IMG/VR virus record: IMGVR_UViG_3300033075_001165
Length of the DNA: 64,000 nucleotides
Source of the DNA: an uncultured virus (IMG/VR IMGVR_UViG_3300033075_001165)
Taxonomy: Duplodnaviria; Heunggongvirae; Uroviricota; Caudoviricetes
Reading direction: 5' to 3' (one strand)
Position numbers and translations under genes: made by a program. Of this stretch, positions 52,318-60,615 are shown piece by piece. The notes below the pieces were generated by a model that was given only the letters and a program-made list of their open reading frames with translations, was not told the origin of the DNA and searched no databases. How positions within the stretch are numbered: position 1 is the first letter of the stretch; every line of letters begins with the position of its first letter.

Positions 52318-52639
52318 ATTTCATACCTATCTATTCTTTATTGTGTTGGGTTAATTTAGCGTTATAGGTGTTTCTAATGATTGTTTTTTCAAGTATCAAT
52401 TCATGTTCTGTGATTTTTAAAAACGCTTGCCTGTATTTTTTAGGGCTATTTATAGCAACCCAAATCTTTTACCCTCAATTAATTGTGTAAAAAGTTCAAT
52501 ACATTGGTCATAAGTTTTTTTAGACCCATAACCACCATAAACAAATTTTCCAGTTTCCATCTTTTCATTTCCTCCCTTTACAGGTTAATTCTTGCAATTA
52601 TAGTTTGGCGTCATAAGTTTATAGTTAATTCAGTATTGG

Positions 52640-52882
52640 TTAATGAAATACTTCATCGTATTGTTTTCTTCCTTGCCAGTATTTTGATTTGAATTTTACT
52701 TCTATAGGTTTTTTACCTAAACAAACACAGCAAAGAATTGATTTTTTGCCTTGATGAGCTTCTTTATAATAACATTTATGTGGGTCTATAGGCTTTAATC
52801 CATGAAACTTATCTGCTTTAATACTACATGAAGTTAGTATAATTGAAATAAGTAATATTTTAATAATTTTCTTTGCTTCCAT
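52640..52882 (-). CDS. putative lipoprotein
   Basis: basic N-terminus, hydrophobic stretch, lipobox LTSC; TATATTTG at 52887-52894 (minus). Confidence 0.55.
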   Translation of the reverse strand: MEAKKIIKILLISIILTSCSIKADKFHGLKPIDPHKCYYKEAHQGKKSILCCVCLGKKPIEVKFKSKYWQGRKQYDEVFH

Positions 52883-52895
52883 ACTTCAAATATAG

Positions 52896-53036
52896 TTAAT
52901 TGTTATGGGTTATTGTTTTTGATTCTTTTTTTTTATTTATGCGACGTTGCTTTAAGTGCCAATAAATTTCAAACCCTAAAAAATAGACAACACAAACAAC
53001 ACACAGCCAATAATAAATCTCAAATACGTTATACAT
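52896..53036 (-). CDS. 46-aa membrane peptide (not in ORF track)
   Basis: MYNVFEIYYWLCVVCVVYFLGFEIYWHLKQRRINKKK...; ATG overlaps the end of the upstream ORF. Confidence 0.45.
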   Translation of the reverse strand: MYNVFEIYYWLCVVCVVYFLGFEIYWHLKQRRINKKKESKTITHNN

Positions 53037-53535
53037 CTTTCACCTCTTTCCCTTCTTCTGAGTTGGTGTATTTAGTTAAGACTCCCTGTGATATGTGCCA
53101 AAATAATTCATGACTTGATTCTTCGGGATTACAGCTTGTTCTTATTTGCTCTAATGCTAATTTAAAATCTTCTTTCTCCCCCTTCACTTCATCGAGTTCG
53201 GATTGGAGTGATTCATTTTCATTCTTTAATTCAATATTAGCCTTAATGAAATCTTGAGGGGTTTCAAAAAATAATTTATCGTATTTTGCTTTCAATTCCT
53301 CAATCTCTCTCTTAGATTCCTCTAATTGTTGGGAGGTTATTGGTTCGTAGTGATGTGTTGTATTTCCTACTACTTTACATTCAGAACCACAAGTAGGACA
53401 ATTTGTTACTGATTTAATAGCTTCTATTGGTGTTTTTCTCATTGGACACTTTATAGAATGACAATTAGTAAAATCTTTAGTTCTGCATTTCGGACATTCC
53501 TCTGCCGTTAAAGGCTTTTGTTTGTTATTGGTCAT
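53029..53535 (-). CDS. hypothetical protein with Zn-ribbon motifs and coiled coil
   Basis: CPKC...C...C and CPTC...C motifs. Confidence 0.6.
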   Translation of the reverse strand: MTNNKQKPLTAEECPKCRTKDFTNCHSIKCPMRKTPIEAIKSVTNCPTCGSECKVVGNTTHHYEPITSQQLEESKREIEELKAKYDKLFFETPQDFIKANIELKNENESLQSELDEVKGEKEDFKLALEQIRTSCNPEESSHELFWHISQGVLTKYTNSEEGKEVKDV

Positions 53536-53699
53536 TGGGTTGGTGGTTTAATTATTATTAATGGATTCTATTTTATAATGAGCGGTATCTGTATAACAAA
53601 TTTGGCTTATTTGTTCGACGGGAATTGTATCTGTGAAAACTAAATGTTTTCTAATCATCTTATCTACAATAAAAACACAACTATATACTTTTCTAACTT

Positions 53700-53969
53700 T
53701 CATTTCAATATGAGGTTCATCCGCCGTTTAATTTCATTTTCGCTACAATCAGATAAATTGATTATAAAGCCACTTTCAAACAAGCTGTCGGTATATTTCA
53801 AAGCAGTGTTAGCTCTGGTATATCCTAATTTATAAGGTCTGTAATAGTCTCTAATTGAGTCTTGGTAGATTTTTGTATTGTCATCGGCGGATATTTTTGC
53901 TTTAAATAAGTAATACGATAATCCCATTAGAATTATTATCACTATTAAAAATTGTTTGTCTCTTTTCAT
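53700..53969 (-). CDS. hypothetical membrane-anchored protein
   Basis: N-terminal TM; TTGTAACCTTTT box upstream (53994-54005, minus). Confidence 0.55.
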   Translation of the reverse strand: MKRDKQFLIVIIILMGLSYYLFKAKISADDNTKIYQDSIRDYYRPYKLGYTRANTALKYTDSLFESGFIINLSDCSENEIKRRMNLILK

Positions 53970-54017
53970 ACTACCTTTAACGAATGATATTAAAAAAGGT
54001 TACAAAAAATTATTACT

Positions 54018-54479
54018 TTATTTATATTGTTTCTTAAGCTCTGATTCTAAGGCAAATACTCTTTCCCAATTTTCGCCAGTTAATTCTGAACGCGGATTAA
54101 AATCAAATTTAGAATGACAGCCACTACCATCTATTTTGTAGCACATTATACGTATATTATTAGGGTCTAAGCGGGCTTCTGGGCATCTGCTTTTTCTGAG
54201 TATATGAGCAAAATTATGATGTGTTATAAGGCTTATTTTCTCTTTACATACAAAACATCTTGTTTCAACATCGCCAAGTTTTTCAAGGACAATTTCAAAT
54301 ACATGTTTCTCTCCCGTAGCTTCTTTTTTGTAAACATATCCGCCAGTTTTTTTGCCAGATGCTTTCTTTTTAGCTTGCTTATTCTCATGATTACAATATT
54401 GACAAACCCCGCTTTTAACGGGGATTATCACATCTGTTCTTGAGCACTGAACGCAATTTCCTATATGAATTTTGAACAA
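54018..54479 (-). CDS. HNH/NinG-like nuclease
   Basis: CFVC...AHIL...NNIRIMC...CHSKFD. Confidence 0.65.
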   Translation of the reverse strand: MFKIHIGNCVQCSRTDVIIPVKSGVCQYCNHENKQAKKKASGKKTGGYVYKKEATGEKHVFEIVLEKLGDVETRCFVCKEKISLITHHNFAHILRKSRCPEARLDPNNIRIMCYKIDGSGCHSKFDFNPRSELTGENWERVFALESELKKQYK

Positions 54480-54522
54480 TTTTGTTAGATTTTAAGCATA
54501 GTTAAATTATAGAACAATTTTG

Positions 54523-55041
54523 TTACGCATTCCCTTTAGGATTCTCAAGGTCTAAAGCTTCGAGTTTAGCCACATTAGCAAATCCTTCTTTTCTTGAGTC
54601 ATTACGTTTTTCCATACGCCCTTTAAACGCTGGTACAATGTAAGTTTCGGGGGTTACTGCACAATAGATGTTATGTTCATTAACTACTAAGTAAGTGTTA
54701 CCGTCAGAATGTAGTATTTGAAAGTAATTTTGATAAGCATCAAATAACACTCGCTGAGATATTTTGATAGGCAACGACACATCTGCCCCTAATCGCGCGA
54801 TAATTCCAATTTTAGTATCCCCTTCTTTATCACCAGTCCCTCTTAGGAATATACCTGAAGGTGTTTTGCGGTCTTTTTGTACTGCTGGTAATAATAAAAT
54901 TTGATTTTTAAAAGGAATGGGGAGTCCTAATGGCGGAGTCCACTCGTCTTCTGATTCTAAAGCATAAATCTCTTTTAAGATTTCTTCTTTACGTTCTGCT
55001 CTTTCTCTTTCGATTTTCTGTGTAAATGTTTCTTTTTCCAT
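54523..55041 (-). CDS. GroES/Cpn10-like co-chaperonin
   Basis: 'PFKNQILL...KTPSGIFL...GIIARLG...RVLF...YLVVNEHNI' mobile-loop pattern. Confidence 0.7.
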   Translation of the reverse strand: MEKETFTQKIERERAERKEEILKEIYALESEDEWTPPLGLPIPFKNQILLLPAVQKDRKTPSGIFLRGTGDKEGDTKIGIIARLGADVSLPIKISQRVLFDAYQNYFQILHSDGNTYLVVNEHNIYCAVTPETYIVPAFKGRMEKRNDSRKEGFANVAKLEALDLENPKGNA

Positions 55042-55043
55042 TG

Positions 55044-55628
55044 TTATTTATCTTTTATTATAATTACTACTTTTTGTTCAATTTGTTTTACTTTAATTTG
55101 AGAGGGGATAAACTTAGATACAATTCGAGGGCTATCATCGGCGATAATTTTCATTTTAACTAACGCGTCGCCTATATGTTTAAAGCTGGCACAAAAATTA
55201 TCCCAGTCCATAAATCTATTTTTATATCCAATGTATTCAATAGTTACTTCGCCTATATGTTGTCTCATTTTGTTTTCTCGAAGCTGTTGAGATATGATAG
55301 TTTGATAAAGCTCTTTTTGTTTCTTTGTATTTGACCAGTGACTTCTCATTAATCCTTTACTTCCGTTTAATCCAGCTATTAATCCGTCAATTACTAATAC
55401 AGAGTGTTGGGGTAAAGAAATGGACGTAGAATCATTAATTTCAGTAGGTTTAGTTAAGGTGTGCGTTTTTCTTTGAACAGAAGCGTTAGTTTCTATTGGA
55501 ATATACCCTTTCTTTTGCCCTATAAACCCCTTTTTTATAACAGGAGGTATAAAGTTGCCATTAACATCTTTAGTGTATCCACGCTCAAGAAACCAGTCCT
55601 CTGTAAAATTATCAGGTTTTTTAGCCAT
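55044..55628 (-). CDS. RusA-like Holliday junction resolvase
   Basis: DWDN...K...DAL......DD motif. Confidence 0.75.
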   Translation of the reverse strand: MAKKPDNFTEDWFLERGYTKDVNGNFIPPVIKKGFIGQKKGYIPIETNASVQRKTHTLTKPTEINDSTSISLPQHSVLVIDGLIAGLNGSKGLMRSHWSNTKKQKELYQTIISQQLRENKMRQHIGEVTIEYIGYKNRFMDWDNFCASFKHIGDALVKMKIIADDSPRIVSKFIPSQIKVKQIEQKVVIIIKDK

Positions 55629-55803
55629 TGGTTAAAAATGAATTTAATATAGTTCTATTTGGGCTATTGCCATAAATCATTTTCATTAATTGACTTGCTT
55701 GTCTTGTAGAAATAAGGATTAAATCTTTCTTTACCCGTTTTTTTAATTTTCGGAGTAATCGTTTACATTTATACCAATCTCTTCTCATTACTTTACCCTC
55801 CAA
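55621..55803 (-). CDS. small basic hypothetical protein
   Basis: ORF track; overlapping operon. Confidence 0.4.
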   Translation of the reverse strand: MEGKVMRRDWYKCKRLLRKLKKRVKKDLILISTRQASQLMKMIYGNSPNRTILNSFLTNG

Positions 55804-56033
55804 ACTCTATAACCAGATGCGGTTTTTCTTTTAATAAATTCACGTTTAATGTACGGCATTTTGCCTTTAACAATTAATCTTCTAACCCTTGAGCAATTTT
55901 GTAAAAACCCGTACGATTCGTGATTTGTTTTAAAAAATATACTATCTCCTGTTTTCATTTTAATAATGATTTCGGATATTCCTTTTACGCCAATTTTTGG
56001 AGGCGGTATAGGTATGTTTTTTTCTATTTTCAT
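55788..56033 (-). CDS. small phage DNA-binding-like protein
   Basis: 'MKIEKNIPIP...MKTGDSIF...GYRVWRVK' is a recurrent phage motif pattern. Confidence 0.6.
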   Translation of the reverse strand: MKIEKNIPIPPPKIGVKGISEIIIKMKTGDSIFFKTNHESYGFLQNCSRVRRLIVKGKMPYIKREFIKRKTASGYRVWRVK

Positions 56034-56362
56034 TTAAATAGTTCTTGGTGTTTTTTAAGATTATTTATACACTCCAATTCATTATACGCTGATATTTCAT
56101 ACACAATTTTTCCTTTTTTAATCATTGGCTCTCCTATGGTTAATAAAATTTTTATCCCATATCGAAAACATAACCATAGAACTTGAACTTGTGTAAGTCC
56201 TGAAAAATTCTCCTCTTTACGATAGTTCGACATTTGTGATTTAGTTAAAATCATACCCCTCTCCTCAGCATCTTTAATGATATGAGCGTTTTTTAATCCA
56301 AGTTCATTCCATCGTGTTAAGAGGCATTTGTGTATTCCTTTTGATTCTTTAATTAAGTCCAT
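56030..56362 (-). CDS. putative HTH regulator
   Basis: 'LTKSQMSNY...QVLWLC' is Xre-like. Confidence 0.45.
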   Translation of the reverse strand: MDLIKESKGIHKCLLTRWNELGLKNAHIIKDAEERGMILTKSQMSNYRKEENFSGLTQVQVLWLCFRYGIKILLTIGEPMIKKGKIVYEISAYNELECINNLKKHQELFK

Positions 56363-56364
56363 AA

Positions 56365-56685
56365 TTATACAGTGTATTCTTTAGCAAATTGTTCCCACAT
56401 AAATTTAACGGGGGACTCTTTAATTTCTTTTACATTTAGTTTTAATTCTTCAGGAGTGATTTTACCTTGATAAAGAGTTTGTCCAACTACATATTTACCA
56501 TCTTCTCTTATTTCAATAATTAATACTTGAGAGTTAGTTGATTCATAAGATTCTGCACCTCTGCAAATAGGGTTTTCATACACTTCACCGCGAAATTCTA
56601 ATCCTATTTCTTTTCCTTTTTTGTTAATTAATCCATGTTCTGTGTAGTTATGGATAATCGTGTTTTCTGGGGTTATTGTTTCCAT
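56365..56685 (-). CDS. hypothetical protein
   Basis: ORF track; tight operon. Confidence 0.55.
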   Translation of the reverse strand: METITPENTIIHNYTEHGLINKKGKEIGLEFRGEVYENPICRGAESYESTNSQVLIIEIREDGKYVVGQTLYQGKITPEELKLNVKEIKESPVKFMWEQFAKEYTV

Positions 56686-57141
56686 TTATTTTTTAATAAT
56701 TGTTTTATAATATCGTGAATGATACTGCTCAGGGTCGGGGGTTGAAATATCATTTTCATCACACCAAAATCTTACTTTTTCTATAAACTCTGAGTATTCT
56801 TTTTTACTTAAATCGGCGCTACTTCTTACTTTATGCCTAATGTAGCTTTTGTCGGGCGTTACAACTTGTTCGGTGTAGCTTAGAAACAAATCAGCGAAAA
56901 ATTCATGTATCTTATCATTGTTTTCAAAGTGAGCAAAATATTCAGAGTTTTTGCAAGCTGAATATATTGCCCCCCTTAGATACCCATGCATGTCGATTGA
57001 AGGTTTTTTATGCTGTTCTTCAATTATCTCCACAAAATTCTTTCCTTCAAGTTCTTGCAATTGTTGTTTATAAAGAAAGGGATTATCATACAGCTTTTTG
57101 CCGTTGACTACCCTTCCTCTATGTTTAATTACAAGTTTCAC
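56686..57141 (-). CDS. NinB-like recombination protein
   Basis: 'SSADLSKKEYSEFIEKVRFWC...I.TPDP' C-terminal pattern. Confidence 0.65.
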   Translation of the reverse strand: MKLVIKHRGRVVNGKKLYDNPFLYKQQLQELEGKNFVEIIEEQHKKPSIDMHGYLRGAIYSACKNSEYFAHFENNDKIHEFFADLFLSYTEQVVTPDKSYIRHKVRSSADLSKKEYSEFIEKVRFWCDENDISTPDPEQYHSRYYKTIIKK

Positions 57142-57144
57142 AGA

Positions 57145-57915
57145 CTAAAACGGAAGGCCACTTTCTTCATTAGTATCAACACTATCTACACCTTGTATAA
57201 TAGCATTTTTTATGGCGGGGTCAGCGAGATTAGATTTACTGCTATTAACCGTTTCTGTGGCTACTGGCGCATTATTTGTAACGGCTGGTGTTTCGGTAGG
57301 GGCGGTGGCGTTACGTTCAAAATAAGCCTTTAAATACTCCTGTAATGTTTTGTCTAATTCAATAGCTTCAAGATTAGTTTCTTCTTTAATCTTTACAGCT
57401 TCAAACTTAGGCTCAAAATATTTTGTAGCTCCTTTTTTAGCGGGAGTGGCTGATTTAACCGTAACAGCACACTCCATAATTTTATTAGCTTTACAGAATT
57501 CAATCCAACTTGATAAAGCAGAACCGCGCATTTGAATGTTGGCTAATCCTAAATTTTTGCCATCCATTTTAATTCCAATATACACCGATTGACAGTATTC
57601 AACTCCGTCTGCCGCCATTTTAGCCTTAATTTGTTCCCAAGTTCCAGTCATTTCAAGTCCTTTCTTAGAACGAACTGTTATAAGGTCTTTACGAATATCT
57701 TTTACTTCATTACTCCAATAACCGCCTTGATTGGCATCATTAAACCCTTTTACAGTAGCGCAAGTATCAAGTACTAAAAATGTGAAGGGTAAAGGAACAT
57801 CAACGTTTTGTTTTAATTCCTTATCATAATATTTAAAATTTCCGTTACTTCCTGACCATTCGTAAAAACGTGCTGCTGGATTAACTAATTGTTCATTTGG
57901 ATTACTTCTACTCAT
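57145..57915 (-). CDS. putative single-stranded DNA-binding protein
   Basis: beta-rich core, flexible linker, acidic tail ending LPF; TATCTTTG at 57959-57966 (minus). Confidence 0.6.
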   Translation of the reverse strand: MSRSNPNEQLVNPAARFYEWSGSNGNFKYYDKELKQNVDVPLPFTFLVLDTCATVKGFNDANQGGYWSNEVKDIRKDLITVRSKKGLEMTGTWEQIKAKMAADGVEYCQSVYIGIKMDGKNLGLANIQMRGSALSSWIEFCKANKIMECAVTVKSATPAKKGATKYFEPKFEAVKIKEETNLEAIELDKTLQEYLKAYFERNATAPTETPAVTNNAPVATETVNSSKSNLADPAIKNAIIQGVDSVDTNEESGLPF

Positions 57916-58004
57916 TTTATTTGTTTTTTAGATTATTAATTTATCGGTTTATATTTTACAAAGATACTAAAGGTTATTATATTTTACAACTTTATTTTAA
58001 GATA

Positions 58005-58286
58005 TTAACTAAGTAATTCTAAATCAGTGTAATTAGTTTTAGTGTTTCGTTTTTTATGGTATTTACGTTGATATTTTTTGCGGGATTTTGTTAATCCTTT
58101 CTTCTTATTTCCATGTGTTTTTATAACTCCAAAAAAGGGTACGTCCAATCTAAATACCTGACCTCTTTTTAACACTCTGTTTATAGGAGAAACATAAGAC
58201 TGTATTATCATACGAATGGCTTTTTCTTCAAATCTTGGATTCATCCGCGATAATTTTCTGTAAATATTATCCTTCTTAACTAGCAA
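58005..58286 (-). CDS. HU/IHF-like basic protein
   Basis: 'RVLKRGQVFRLDVPFFGVI'; overlaps the integrase stop. Confidence 0.5.
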   Translation of the reverse strand: MLVKKDNIYRKLSRMNPRFEEKAIRMIIQSYVSPINRVLKRGQVFRLDVPFFGVIKTHGNKKKGLTKSRKKYQRKYHKKRNTKTNYTDLELLS

Positions 58287-59172
58287 TAGATAGTGTTTTT
58301 GTTTGATTTAAAGAATTATTTAATAACAAAGCGTCTACCTTATCAAAGTTGTTTTGCATTCCTTGTATGGTTAATCTGCAATAATAATCGCGGGTAGTTT
58401 GAATATCGGCGTGTCCTAAAAATTCACTTACGTACATATCAGAAGCGCCGTTATCAAGTAGGTGGGTGGCACGGGATGAGCGTAATATATGTGGATAAAC
58501 TCTTTTATCTATTCCGCAAAGCTTGGCAGTGTTTTTAATAATATTTTCCACTGATTTAGCGGAATATTGCAATCTACCACCATCACCGTTAAATACATAA
58601 ACGTGGGGGACAAAATCGGCTAAGTATTGGATAAGTAGTTCTTTTGTTTGTTCAGGGATTGTAATCACTCTGCTTTTACCATATTTGCTTCCTATTATTG
58701 TTATTCTTCTATCGTGGGATAAATGCTCTATTTTAAGATTAAGTAGTTCTCCGCGCCTTAAAGCGCCATAATAAAGCAAATTAATAATCGCCAGATGTTT
58801 TAAATAAATAGGGGCATTACACATAGCCATACATTCTTGATAACTTAAAATGTTAGGAGTTTTAAGGGGATTGTCGTGATATTCTAAGTTTTTACATTGA
58901 GTGTATTTGCCATTAATTTTATAAAGACGTTTTATAGATGCTATGAATGAATTTATATAAGCTGGAGAATATTCTTGTTCTTTTAAATAAACAATATAAT
59001 CTTCAAGTTTTTCTTGGTTGCACAGTAGCACTGAAATAGAGTCAAATTTACCCCATTCCATAAACATTCCTATGTTGTTACAATAAGTTTTAGCAGTTTT
59101 GAAATTTCCACCAACTGCCAAAATCTTTCGACTAAATTTTTTTAAAAATTCTTTATTTTCTTCTTGTAACAT
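58276..59172 (-). CDS. tyrosine recombinase (integron-like integrase lacking the IntI-specific insertion)
   Basis: LRRGE (R), SKYGKSR (K), HILR, LGH and terminal Tyr (TTRDYY); SAM-like N-terminus. Confidence 0.92.
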   Translation of the reverse strand: MLQEENKEFLKKFSRKILAVGGNFKTAKTYCNNIGMFMEWGKFDSISVLLCNQEKLEDYIVYLKEQEYSPAYINSFIASIKRLYKINGKYTQCKNLEYHDNPLKTPNILSYQECMAMCNAPIYLKHLAIINLLYYGALRRGELLNLKIEHLSHDRRITIIGSKYGKSRVITIPEQTKELLIQYLADFVPHVYVFNGDGGRLQYSAKSVENIIKNTAKLCGIDKRVYPHILRSSRATHLLDNGASDMYVSEFLGHADIQTTRDYYCRLTIQGMQNNFDKVDALLLNNSLNQTKTLSIAS

Positions 59173-59224
59173 ATTGATTGTTAATTTGTTTTTATATAGA
59201 ATGCGTTAATAAGAGAGTTATGTT
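59173..59224 (+). other. attI-like primary recombination site (crossover G|TT at 59217)
   Basis: GTTATGTT at 59217-59224, 45 nt from the integrase start; no hairpin on its left; complementary to AACATAAC at 59669-59676. Confidence 0.6.
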
Positions 59225-59743
59225 CAATTTTATTTTATTAATTTTTAAAAGCCTACGCACCTATGTTCGTGTATAGTCAATCCCTCTATCATCATAATCC
59301 CAATCACTATCAATAGTAAATTTATCAATCATTTCTGTTTGGTATTCTATTGATTTTTTCAGCCCCTCAATTTGCGTTTTAAGTCCTTTTACTTTCAACT
59401 CTCTTTGCTCTTTAATGTATTGTTTTGCTTCATCTAAACTTTTGAAATATTTATCTGAAACCATACTTAAACAAATTCGCCAATTGTATTCAGTTCCTCT
59501 GCTTCTCAACGCTCTAACAAATGCGTATCTGTCTGTCAGGTTTACGCAATCACGTTCCCATATTCTAACTAAATCATCTTTTACTACATACACTTTGAAA
59601 AATTCCATTTCCTTCGCTTTTTTAAAAATTAATAAAATAAAACTGCCACACACACTTGCCTACGCACCAACATAACACAACCTAAAATCAAACCGCCATC
59701 ACCAAACCGCTTATAAAGGCGGTCAGCTTTTAGCTTGATGCCG
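59218..59743. mobile_element. gene cassette 1 (ORF plus attC-like site)
   Basis: GTTATGTT...AACATAAC ends; extra 25/26-bp terminal inverted repeat. Confidence 0.7.
59261..59608 (-). CDS. cassette-borne hypothetical protein
   Basis: ATG at 59608 (MEFFKVY...) lies just inside the inverted repeat; 115 aa with C-terminal coiled coil. Confidence 0.65.
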   Translation of the reverse strand: MEFFKVYVVKDDLVRIWERDCVNLTDRYAFVRALRSRGTEYNWRICLSMVSDKYFKSLDEAKQYIKEQRELKVKGLKTQIEGLKKSIEYQTEMIDKFTIDSDWDYDDRGIDYTRT

Positions 59744-59749
59744 TTAGCG
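59670..59749 (+). repeat. attC-like site 1
   Basis: ACATAAC-aCAAcCTAAAA..ACCGCC / GGCGGT..TTTTAGcTTG-atgcc-GTTAGCG imperfect hairpin. Confidence 0.7.
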
Positions 59750-60595
59750 GTAATGCTAAAAACCGCATCGCTGACAAGCAATCTCATAATATTTAGGTTC
59801 TTTTTCAATCCCGATAAATTTACGGTTAAGTTCTTTTGCAGCCAAGCAAGTAGTTCCGCTTCCCATAGTGTTATCCATCACATTCATTCCTTCGTTAGTA
59901 AATGTACTAATCAACCACTTTAATAAACCTATTGGCTTTTCTGTTCTATGCTTTGCAATACTTGGATGTATTTTTTCAAAAGTCAATATACTTTTAGGGT
60001 GTTTCATATCACCAAGTATTTCTTTATTATCCACAAAATCAAACGCACCATAGTTATTATTGGCAGTTTGTTTTGGCTTCCCTTTACTGTGGTTTGGTTT
60101 TCCTTTTACTTTTTGTGGGTTGTAAATCGGCTGTTTTCTATAAAATACCATTATATCCTCGTGGCTTCGTAAAGGCATCCTGTTTGCGTTTAAAAATCCA
60201 CTTGTAAGCACTTTGTCCCAAATCAAATTGTATTTATGGTTTTTATCACTAAGCATCATTAATGCAGTAAACTTGTCCTGCCCAAATAAAACAATCGGAG
60301 CGTTTGGTTTTACAATTCGCCAATACTGTTCCCATAAATTTTCAGGGTCAATCATTATATCATCTTTATTTTGCGTTACCTCATAAGGCAAATCGCAAAG
60401 CACCATATCAATACTATTATCAGGTATCAAAGGCATAATATCCAAGCAATCGCCTTGAAATAAAGCACTACCGCTAACATCGGCTATATGCAATAGCGGG
60501 GTCGGTGCGTTCTTCAACATTTGTTCTACTATCATCATTCGTTCTATATTTTAAGTTTTGTGTTTCAAATCCGCTACTGCACATAGCCGTAGTCG
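59744..60595. mobile_element. gene cassette 2 (DNA methyltransferase plus attC-like site)
   Basis: GTTAGCGGTAATGCT (59743-59757) matches the reverse complement of AGCACTACCGCTAAC (60464-60478) at 14/15. Confidence 0.75.
59756..60538 (-). CDS. N6-adenine/N4-cytosine DNA methyltransferase (beta class)
   Basis: DLPY catalytic motif N-terminal; HRTEKP and DNTMGSGTT SAM-binding motif C-terminal. Confidence 0.92.
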   Translation of the reverse strand: MMIVEQMLKNAPTPLLHIADVSGSALFQGDCLDIMPLIPDNSIDMVLCDLPYEVTQNKDDIMIDPENLWEQYWRIVKPNAPIVLFGQDKFTALMMLSDKNHKYNLIWDKVLTSGFLNANRMPLRSHEDIMVFYRKQPIYNPQKVKGKPNHSKGKPKQTANNNYGAFDFVDNKEILGDMKHPKSILTFEKIHPSIAKHRTEKPIGLLKWLISTFTNEGMNVMDNTMGSGTTCLAAKELNRKFIGIEKEPKYYEIACQRCGF

Positions 60596-60601
60596 TTATA
60601 C
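60472..60601 (+). repeat. attC-like site 2
   Basis: CGCTAAC-at-CGGCTATATGCAATAGCGG ... CCGCTACTGCACATAGCCG-tagtc-GTTATAC; 17/19 stem. Confidence 0.8.
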
Positions 60602-60615
60602 ATCATTTTATACTA

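Noticed and set aside
52896..53040. Further att site (CGTTATACATC, identical to 60594-60604)
   Set aside because: No hairpin precedes it, and it is explained by an overlapping stop/start of two minus-strand ORFs.
58276..59172. Ordinary prophage integrase marking an attL/attR boundary
   Set aside because: Phage genes continue on both sides with no host genes, and the adjacent sites look like cassette junctions. A second role in lysogeny is not excluded.
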